This document shows, piece by piece, positions 54,791-64,000 of a stretch of DNA of 64,000 bases. This DNA is from Octopus vulgaris. Its lineage: Eukaryota. The stretch covers positions 49,786,001 to 49,850,000 of the forward strand of contig OX597817.1 of assembly GCA_951406725.2 (NCBI GenBank), given 5' to 3'. A program made the position numbers and the translations under genes. The notes under the pieces are model-generated. The model was given only the letters and a program-made list of their open reading frames with translations, did not search any database and was not told the origin of the DNA. Each line of letters starts with the position of its first letter. Positions within the stretch are counted from its first letter, which is position 1.

Positions 54791-54956
54791 AATGAAATCT
54801 ATGAATTGCAATGGACCTATCGCAAAATCTACTGCCTTGTTGGTTTGTGCCTTTTCATACATTCGGTTTGGAGTTACACGGATGTGAACCAAGAGAATTA
54901 TAATATTTTAAATGAAATCAAATCTGAACTCGCAACTTTAAAAAAGTATTCGAAGA
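54791..54956 (+). CDS. Exon 2 of the GEX1/Brambleberry-like gene (TM3 and post-TM helix)
   Basis: Polypyrimidine tract and TTTAG acceptor at 54790. Reads NEIYELQWTYRKIYCLVGLCLFIHSVWSYTDVNQENYNILNEIKSELATLKKYSK in frame with exon 1. The Y-x-D-x4-N-x3-L after TM3 resembles GEX1-type proteins. Donor A|GTAAGT at 54957, phase 1. Confidence 0.87.
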
Positions 54957-56686
54957 GTAAGTACCATATGTATTATGTCATCAAATGAGGGTGGATAAAA
55001 ATTGGAAAAAAAAAAATTATTGCTGCTGTTGTTGTTGTTGTTAAGCAACAAGATGGGTAAGGGTGATTAGGTGATGGTCTAGGGCTTGGGGTGGGGGAGA
55101 CACCAGACCTTGGAAAAAAAAACTTTGGTCATTTTGTTGTAGTCGAGGGCTCTTCGTTGACACCTGACACCACTAGGAGGTGGCCCTCGAAGTTGCTGGA
55201 AATGGAGATCTCCAGGTCCAAATTCTTGGACAGCTGCTGCTGTTGTTCAGTGAGTGAGTGAGAGAGCGGCACATTCCATCAAAGTGATGCTGGGGTACAA
55301 ATGTATGAAGCTCAATATACCCATCATTGTTGCTTGTTTGATAAGGGTACACTATGTGCATGCATCACAGCCATATGTGTCCAACATGGTGACCTCGTAT
55401 CAAGATAAAACAGCACATGACTTTGTAAGTGGGGTCCCAGTTAGAATTTTCTTCAGGTTGAGTAGCCCATACAACTCAAAATGTCTGTGAATAAGGGTTG
55501 TTTAAGATGAACAAAACACCTATGTTTCCAAGGGTGAATTATCAAAAACTCCAAAGAACCTTCTCAAAACATGGCTATGAGGCTCCCCCACTAATTCTGC
55601 TCATGATCAGAGATGTACACATTGTCAGCCACTAAGAGACATGCTCAAGTGGTTATGGTCAAACAACTGACAAGCAAATCTGTGGTCTTGAACAGAATAT
55701 TTGCTACAGCCCATCATTTACATGATAACGCTTGCAATCTATTAAGACCAGAAGCCATGAGAACCACTGCCTGGTATTGCACCAGAGCATGGTCGTTATT
55801 ATTATTATTATTGTTGTTGTTAAGGCCATGAGCTGGCAAAATTGTTAGTGGCACTCGAGCCCCGTGCTAGTAGGGTAAGAGCACCATCCGAGTGTGATCG
55901 TTGCCAGAGTGACTATCTGGCCTCCGTGCCGGTGGCACGTAAAAGACACCATTGGAGCATGATTGTTACCAGCATCGCCTTACTGGCACCTGTGCCGGTG
56001 GCATGTGTAAAGATTTGAGCGAGGTCATTGCCAGTACCGCCTCACTGGCCCTGTGCCGGTGGCGCGTAAAAAGCACCCACTACACTCTCGGAGTGGTTGG
56101 CGTTAGGAAGGTCATCCAGGTGTAGAAACTCTGCCAGATCAAAATTGAAGCTTGGTGCAGCCATCTGGTTCACCAGCCCTCAGTCAAATCGTCCAACCCA
56201 TGCTAGTATGGAAAGCGGACGTTAAACGACGATGATGATGACGACGACGACGCAAAATGCTTACTGGCATTTCATCTGTCTGCACATTCTAAGTTCAAAT
56301 TCTGCCAGAGTCGACTTTGGTTCACATGGCTTTTAGTCTTAACAGATTGGCAGTGTTATCATGTAAATGTTTTGTTGTAAATGATGGACTATAGCAAATA
56401 TTCTGTTCAATACCTTAGATTTACTTGTCAGTTGCTTGACCTTAACCAGTTGAGCATGTCTCTTAGTGGCTGATGAAATGTGTATCTCTGATCACGAGCA
56501 GAATTAGTTGGGGATCGTCATAGCACTGGCAACAACCAGACTCGAATGGTGCTTTTTATCTGATATAGGCACTCACTGGTTGGTTGTTACTTATTGTTTG
56601 ACCCTGAGAGGATCATAATAATAATATTGATTTTAATGATAAATTAGTTCTAACTCTGTGTACCCTTTATCAAATTTGTTTTTCAG

Positions 56687-56902
56687 GATCTGGTTATGAG
56701 AGTGATGGTGAAGAAAGTTCCCACAGTACTACATCAGTAAACAGTGATACCACATATGTTCCCAGTTCACTCTCACAAAGTACATCTAGTCGCTCGAGTT
56801 TGGCATCACTCCTTGATGAACTGAATGAATTAAAAGAGGATGAACTTCATTATAGCAATCTCCAGCGTAGTCAATCTTTCCATGCCTGTCCTGTTAGAAC
56901 TT
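56687..56902 (+). CDS. Exon 3 of the GEX1/Brambleberry-like gene (Ser/acidic tail)
   Basis: TTTTTCAG acceptor at 56686. 216 bp open in phase 1: (R)SGYESDGEESSHSTTSVNSDTTYVPSS...HACPVRT. Donor T|GTAAGT at 56903. Confidence 0.8.
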
Positions 56903-58430
56903 GTAAGTTCATGATCTTGTCTGTATCTAGAAAATTTGCCGTGTAGGAAAATCCACCATAAGACAAATTTACTGTATTATACCAGCATTTTTCGAAATAT
57001 AAAAAGAGAATCATCATCATCATTTAACGTCCGCTTTCCATGCTAGCATGGGTTGGACGATTTGACTGAGGACTGGTGAACCAGCTGGCTGCTCCAGGCT
57101 CCAATCTCATCTGGCAGAGTTTCTACAGCTTGATGCCCTTCCTAATGCCAACCACTCTGAGAGTGTAGTGGGTGCTTTTACGTGCCACTGGCGGTACTGG
57201 CAATGGCCACACTCAAAGGGTGTTTTTTAAGTGCCATTTGCACAGGAGTCAGTCCAGTGGCACTGGCAACGACCTCCCTCGAATGTTTTGTTCACGTGCC
57301 ATGATAAAAGATTTTATTAAAGCATTAAATAGGCAATCTTTACTCAATGTCAAATATTAAAAAAAATGTGTTGGAGTAATTTAAAACAAATTTTATTATG
57401 GTTGACTTTTCCTATTGCAAAAACCATCATCATCATCATCTAGCATCCATTTCCCATGCTTGCATGGGCTCCAAGCTGGAGAGCTGTACCAAAATCCAGT
57501 CTGATTTTGGCTTGGTCCCTACAGCTGGATGTCCGTCCTAACACCATCACTCCAAGAATGTAGTCGGTGCCTTTTATGTGTCACCAGCACAGGTGCCTTT
57601 TATGTGTTATCATCATGGGTGCCTCTTACGTGTCACTGCAAAATGTACATGTGACACCACAAATGCTTACGGCAAAAGCGTTTACGGCAAAATTTCCTAT
57701 AGCTGATCTTATCAATTTATTGCTGACACATGTCTCACACACACATATTTATCCTTCATCATATTATTGTCATCATTTCATGTCCACTTTCCATGCTGGC
57801 AAGAGTTTGACAGTTTGACTGAAACTGGTAAACCGAAGAGCTGCACCAGAATCCAGACTGATTTTGGCCTGGTTTCTACGGCTGGATGCTGTTCTGTAAA
57901 ACAATTATCCACAGAAGTGGAGAAGATAGTCGTAATGTCATTCCTGCGACAGTGCTTCCTAGTCAGCTATTATACAAGGCTGGCTAAAACAGATTGTAGA
58001 GTACAGTGGTTTATTCACATCTCAATTTTATTCTCTTTTAAGCCTTTTAGAATTAATAGACTGGACATTGAACTCATTGTGCATAGTCTACAAGCAGTCT
58101 CACCTCCCCAATCTGGTCATTTGGTAAGAGTGCTTTACTAACCTATGAAATGTTACCCATCAGCTTTTGATCAAGAAGGCTTCTTACCACCACCTCTTAC
58201 ACATGTATTGTCAAAATTGCATCCCAAAGAGCAGGCATCTTTTTCAAAGCCAACTTATCTTTCAGCTTTAAACAGTTGCTGGTTGCAACAAATTTCAAAG
58301 CTTTGGAATAAGGTGCAGCTTTTTCGTAGCTGGCGTTTTGAGTTGGCCGACTGGACATCGGACCTGTCTTGGTAGTGATGCTTTTTGGCATTGAAAGCAA
58401 ACGTGCACACCCATGCAAGCGCACCCACAT

Positions 58431-58463
<33 letters not shown>

Positions 58464-58849
58464 TATACAAGTACAGAGAGAGAGTGTGTGTGTGTGAGAG
58501 ACAGAGAGAGAGAGAGACTGTGTATTTGTGTGTGTGTGTGTGTGTGTGAGAGAGAAAGAGCGAGTGTATTTGTGTGAGAGAGAGAAAGAGTGTGCATCTG
58601 TGTGTGTGAGAGAGAAAGGGGGTGAGAGAGAGTTAGAGGGAGATAAACATACATTACAATTAATTGACTACAACTGACATAAACACTTTTCCACACCTCA
58701 CACATAGGAAGAACACAAGAGTGTAATGGGTATTTTTACATACCATCGGCACGTGTGCCATTTGTGTGACACCAGTATCTGCCACGACTGTGATTTTGCT
58801 CAGCTTAATGGGTCTTCTCAAGCATGACATAATGCCAAAGGTCTTGGGC

Positions 58850-59170
58850 ATTGCCTCCGTGAGGCCCAACACTTGAAAGGAGCTCAGCCACTTTGCCTCC
58901 AACACTTGAAAGGAACTCAGCCGCCTCACCTCCATGAGGCCCATTCGAAAGGAACTTGGCCACCTTGCCTCTGTGAGGCCCAGCACTCGAAAGGAACTTG
59001 GCCACCTTGCCTCTGTGAGGTCCAGCACTTGAAAGGAACTCGGCTACTTCGTGTCTGTGAGGCCCAGCACTTGAAAAGAACTAGTCACTTTACCTCCATG
59101 AGGCCCAGGAGCTCAACCACTTTGCCTCCATAAGGCCCAATGCTTGAAAGGAACTCAGCCACCTTGTCAA
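58850..59170. repeat. ~39-bp minisatellite
   Basis: About 8 degenerate tandem units GCCTCCGTGAGGCCCAACACTTGAAAGGAACTCAGCCACCTT with no unique spacers. Confidence 0.85.
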
Positions 59171-59852
59171 CAAATCCAACCCTTTGAATTACAGTTTCAA
59201 CACGTTTTTTGCCAGCTCAGTGGACTGGAGCAACGTGAAAATAAAGTGTCAAAGCACCACTGGGAATCGAACTCATGACTTTACGATTGTGAACGAAATA
59301 CCCTAACCACTAAGCCATGCTCCTTCACACATGTAATGAAATAGATGACAAAGGAGAATGTGAATATAAACCAGCTTCTTTCCTTTCCAGTATGTATTGT
59401 TTAAAGTCACATGAGAAGTTGTTTTATATTTGTAGACTTTATAGACATAGGCATGGCTGTGTGGTAAAGGAATTTGCTTCGCAGCCTCTTGGTTTGGGGT
59501 TCAGTCTCAGTGTATGGCACTTTGAGCCAGTGATACATGTATGTATATATACATACATGTGTGTGTGTGAGTGTATATGGTCTTGAAATTGCATGACTGT
59601 TGTGAATGAATGTCATTCATTTGCGGTATTCTTCAAAAAGATGTCTGGCTTTGGGGAAAGTATTACCTTGCTTGTAAACAGGTGAGGGTTGGTGACAAGA
59701 AGGGCATATGATGGCAAAAAATCTACCTCATTAAACTCCATCCAACCCATGCAAGTATGGAAATGTGGACATTAAAATGATGATGATGATTTCTTTTAGA
59801 TTTAATTTTGTTATAATTTTTGTAAATTCGGTTCTTTTAATTTTCTTTTCAG

Positions 59853-59896
59853 GCCCACCTTTACAGAGACATTTCTCAGATATTTCACCACGTCAG
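59853..59896 (+). CDS. Exon 4 (44 bp) of the GEX1/Brambleberry-like gene
   Basis: Strong acceptor TTTTCTTTTCAG at 59852. Phase 1 to 0: (C)PPLQRHFSDISPRQ. Donor CAG|GTATGT at 59897. Confidence 0.72.
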
Positions 59897-60655
59897 GTAT
59901 GTCTCGTGTTTGTTCTTTAGTTAGAGTGGAGGCAATCATGAAATTAGCATATCTCTCTCTTTCTCGCGGAACCCTGGTTTAGAAACGCTGCCCTAGACTA
60001 TGCAGCTTAACCAGGGCTATTTAGTACTACATAAATCTGGTGGACTCTGGTGAACTCTTCTATTGTAAACAACAAATGTGGATTCTGCAACATCTAGCTG
60101 AACAACCTGTTCAGATGATTTATTACACTTGATCAAATGTTTTATGCCCTACATTAGTTCCCTCCCTTAACATTGCCTGTACAAGATCAAGGTACGTCAG
60201 ACATCTGATGTGTGACACACCATAGTCCTGTACACCACACATTAGATTGCAGAAAAGTATGAAATAAAGTGTTTTGCTCACAAACATAATGCAGTCTGGG
60301 AATCAAAACCACGATCTTGTGATCATAAGGGCAACACCGTAACCGATAAGCCACTTGCCTTAACTACATAAATCTACTGTTGTACTACATATTTATTTCT
60401 TTGAAGGATGCTCTTTTATCAGTTCTAGTGATTGATATTTGGGTGGTTTAGTGTTTACAGGGGTTGGGTTTACCTACCATTCATTTACTTGCTATTAAAT
60501 GATTTAAAAGTTCTGTCATAAGTCATTCTCATTCTGCACTGGGGTTGGAATTTTACATTTCACTCCATGTACTGGAAATTCTTTTAAGTAAGTTAAATTC
60601 TAATCTGCTATATTTGTCTCTACTTACAAAGTGAACCTTATGCTCAGTCAGAGGT

Positions 60656-60720
60656 AAATTGCCTTGTCTTAAAATTGCCTTGTCTTAAAATTGCCTCGTC
60701 TTAAAATTGCCGTGTCTTAT
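60656..60720. repeat. 17-bp tandem repeat x4 just upstream of the exon 5 acceptor
   Basis: AAATTGCCTTGTCTTA(A) repeated four times. Confidence 0.85.
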
Positions 60721-60762
60721 TTTGGCTTTATACTTTTATACCTTAAATTCGTTTCTTTTCAG

Positions 60763-60864
60763 AAATGCAATTACAATTTGCGACCACGGAACAGTCTAAA
60801 TGCAGTTAATCACAGAGAAATGAAAGAAATTCCAGAATTTTCTAGAAACGAGAAACAAATATAA
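60763..60864 (+). CDS. Terminal coding exon 5 of the GEX1/Brambleberry-like gene (contains YNLRPR)
   Basis: Acceptor TTTCTTTTCAG at 60762. Phase 0: KCNYNLRPRNSLNAVNHREMKEIPEFSRNEKQI then TAA at 60862-60864. Total CDS 1416 bp, a multiple of 3. Confidence 0.75.
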   Translation, partial: KCNYNLRPRNSLNAVNHREMKEIPEFSRNEKQI

Positions 60865-61436
60865 TTTTTAAATTATTTATATTTATAGTAAATTAGCATA
60901 ATTGTTAATATGCTGGATGATGTGCCTTGTTGTTATGAATTCCAGCTCTTTATATTCTAAGCTCAAATCTTGCTGAGATCAATTTTACCTTTCATACTTC
61001 CAGAGTTAATAAAGTACCAGTCAATTACTAAGCTCAATCTAATCGACTAACACACATTTTGATGCCTTGTGCCTATATATTTATTTTGATATTTATAACA
61101 CATTCTCCGCCATCAGTTCACCTAGAGAATGAATGTTCTCAGACCTACTATAAAATTTGAAAATAATTATCTACATATGAAACAAATGACGGGACATGCT
61201 ACTGTTCTCCATCATCAAGCATGAATGAAATTATGATGGAGTTATTTTCTCTTCCTTTATTGGCCATGACATGCATGATTAATTCACATTTTATGTATTT
61301 TCTATGTTTAAGGCAGCAAACTAGCAGAGTTGTTAGCATGCTGGGCAAAATGCTTAGTGGCTTTTAGCCTGTCTTTTCGTTTTGAGTTCAAATCCTGCCA
61401 AGATCAACTTTGCCTTTCATCCTTTCAGGGTCAGTA

Positions 61437-61937
61437 AAATTACAGCAACATTCATCCTAAATCAGGACTGCCATGTTATATTGGCGAGTAATCTTTACTA
61501 CAACGTACTGTTGCTGAATATTTCACATTGTGAGATTTAAAAATAGGTTAATAAAATTACAGCAACATACTGTTGCTGAATATCTCTTGTTGTGAGATTT
61601 AAATATAGTAATTTTCTAATTTATAAATCAGTGACTAGTTGTTACTTTGAAAACTATATCGAATGGGAATTTGGCAGCACCACCTGTACCTGAACAATTA
61701 TTCTGTGCTGATGAAGGGAAATAACCCAGAAATCGTGAAACACAGATATTGTTTTGAGCTGACTGGGGATGCTAGATTCCCTTGTTCGAAAATATAAGGA
61801 TATAAATCTTGTCGTATAGCCAGATGTCTCCTGGGGCTAAATTACAGCAACATTAGTCTTAAACCAGGACAGCAATGTTATGTTGCTAAACAATCTTTAC
61901 TCCAAAGTATTGTTGCTGAATATCTCACGTTGTGAGA
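61437..61937 (+). mobile_element. ~500-bp element with ~100-bp direct terminal repeats and an internal hammerhead-like motif (Penelope pLTR/retrozyme-like), inserted in a SINE
   Basis: AAATTACAGCAACA...TGTGAGA at 61437-61535 and 61839-61937, plus a partial copy at ~61554-61596. TCTGTG-CTGATGA-AGGG(AAATAA)CCCA-GAAA...CACAGA at 61702-61746. SINE B sequence is continuous across the insertion. Confidence 0.55.
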
Positions 61938-62327
61938 AGTACCAGTTGGACACTGAGGTCTTCCTTCAAATTGCTGGTCTTGTGCAGAAATTTGAAACAT
62001 TTATGTTCTGAGTTCAAATTCCACTGAGGTCGACTTTGCCTTTCATCCTTTCAGGGTCCATAAAATAAGTACTAGTTGGACACTGGGGCCAATGTAAGTA
62101 ACTTGCTTCCTGCCTCAAAATTGCTGGCTTTGTGCCAAAGCCTGAAACCAATATTTTCTATGTTTATTTCAATGGATCAACTAAATCTAATATTCATATT
62201 ATTTATAAAATATTTTTTAATCTCACTTCTGTTATAACAATCAGTTGTAATTATTGTATTGGATATTATGTAATTTTGTAAACTGATCACGCCTCGTGAT
62301 CATAAATATCTCTTTTATATTATTTAA

Positions 62328-62547
62328 CCCTTTCGTTACCAACCCGGCTGAAACCGGCTCTTGCTCTGAGTACAGATGTCTTGTTTTCATAAGTTTTGAA
62401 TTAAGATCTCCCACCAAAGCTTAGTCACAATTTATGCTCCTAACACTAGCTTAATGATAACTAAGTTATTTTACTAAATTCTTTGTTATATTTAAAGTAA
62501 TTGAAAGAAACACAGAGCATCTCAAGATAAATACAGTAACGAAAGGG
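62328..62547. mobile_element. piggyBac-like MITE (220 bp)
   Basis: TTAA-CCCTTTCGTTAC ... GTAACGAAAGGG-TTAA. Confidence 0.88.
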
Positions 62548-62685
62548 TTAAGGTTTGTTGTCATGTAATTTTGTTTTGATACAAGGTTTTTAAGTTATTA
62601 AACATTTTCATCAAGCATTTTCAGTTACTTATTTATTTATATTTTGAATTGAGACTGAGTTCAAATATTGAATTGTATGAATAAC

Positions 62686-63070
62686 TCTCCTCCCTCCCTG
62701 TCTGTCTCATTCACTCTCCTCCCTCCCTCTGTCTCATTCACTTTCCTCCCTCCTTGTCTGTTTCATTCACTCCCCTCCCTCCCTCTGTCTCATTCACTCT
62801 CCTCCCTCCCTCTGTCTCATTCACTCTCCTCCCTTCCTCTGTCTCATTCATGTTCCTACCCCCTCTGTCTCATTCACTCTCCTTCCTCCCTCTGTCTCAT
62901 TCACTCTCCTCCCCCCTCTGCCTCATTCACTCCCATTCCTCTGTCTCATTCACTTTCCTCCCTCCTTGTCTGTTTCATTCACTCCCCTCCCTCCCTCTGT
63001 CTCATTCACTCTCCTCCCTCCCTCTGTCTCATTCACTCTCCTCCCTCTCCCTGTGTTTTATCCCCTCCCC
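62686..63070. repeat. ~27-bp pyrimidine-rich minisatellite
   Basis: Tandem CCTCCCTCCCTCTGTCTCATTCACTCT units. These produce the spurious ORFs 62668-63144 and 62754-63212. Confidence 0.9.
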
Positions 63071-63490
63071 TCCCCCTCTCTCTCTGTTTCTTTCTGAGTA
63101 TGAGGAGAGGGAAAGTGCTTATGCTAATCATGTTCAATCAATAGATTGTAACGTTTTCTTCCCACCTCTCTCTCTCTCATACACTCACATCAGCATGCTT
63201 ACATGTGTGTGAGTGTGAGAGTGTGTATGTGTTTGCCTCTAGTGCCAAAAAGTATTACCACCAAAACAGATTTAGTATCCAATAAGTCGTGCTAAATCCT
63301 ACCAGTGTCCAAACAGCTTTCCCCAATCCTTCCATTCCTTCAAGCTGACCATCAGTTCTATCAATTTAATCAACCTAAGAGATTTTAGGAATGTCATGAT
63401 CACTATTGATTATCTTTTGATCATTCACCATATTGGACCACTGAACTCAACACGTTTTACTTCATTCTCTCCTTATTTATTTTCTCATTC

Positions 63491-63526
63491 CTTTCTGATG
63501 AAGAGCATATGCTCGAAATATAAAAG
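63491..63526 (+). ncRNA. Minimal type I hammerhead ribozyme
   Basis: CTTT-CTGATGA-A-GAGC(ATAT)GCTC-GAAA-TA-TA-AAAG: canonical core, paired stems I and II, and the short palindromic stem III typical of Penelope-associated minimal hammerheads. Confidence 0.7.
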
Positions 63527-64000
63527 ACTTTTCCATTTTTTTTTCCTGTGTGTCAAAATAATACACTTACTTGTTGTTCCTACACCTGTCTTCATCTTTT
63601 GTTTTTCTGTAAATTTGAACTATATATAAAGGTTTGAATAACCAGGATATTTAACATTGGCAAGCTCAGTCCACTCACCTGTAAAGAGGTTCTTGTAGAG
63701 GCAGCACTCAGTGATTAATATAGAAAACTTTATAGGCAATGATGATGACCATCATTGTTTGAGGTCCATGTTGCAAGCTGTCATTGATTGCATGGCTTTA
63801 CAAAATCCGATGGGTTCATGGGATGCATCATGTTTTTCTGTCTTCTTTGACATGGTTTCTGTGCTTGAATGCTCTTCTTCATGCCAACCACTTTACTGTA
63901 TGTACTGAGTGCTTTTTCCATGCCACATGAAGCCAACATGCTTTGCCGGATGGGTAATGTCAGTGTGCATGTATGACAGTGTAAATGATTTAAAATGATA

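Noticed and set aside
58850-59170. CRISPR-like array
   Set aside because: Contiguous degenerate tandem units without unique spacers, eukaryotic context, no cas genes.

Overview
AT-rich, repeat-dense animal genomic DNA. The tRNA-derived SINE families and the very dense (TA)n/(CA)n/(TATG)n/(TAA)n microsatellites look like those of an octopus (coleoid cephalopod); this is inferred from repeat content only. One host gene is supported. It is a five-exon + strand gene (CDS 45176-46063, 54791-54956, 56687-56902, 59853-59896, 60763-60864; all GT-AG, phases consistent, 471 aa) encoding a GEX1/Kar5/Brambleberry-family nuclear-envelope fusion protein: signal peptide, 6-Cys CRD, lumenal coiled coil, three TM helices and a Ser-rich tail. 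The tail contains YNLRPR, which matches the nucleosome acidic-patch tethering motif of prototype foamy virus Gag. The rest of the window is transposon-derived: a near-intact mariner, several deleted or fold-back Tc1/mariner elements, Mutator-like MITEs bracketing exon 1, piggyBac-like MITEs, Helitrons, RTE and R4/Dong-like LINE fragments, and many SINEs. Several minimal type I hammerhead-ribozyme motifs occur in Penelope/retrozyme-like repeats. CpG decay in SINE copies rises sharply downstream of exon 1, consistent with gene-body methylation. Most ORFs in the supplied track are microsatellite artefacts.
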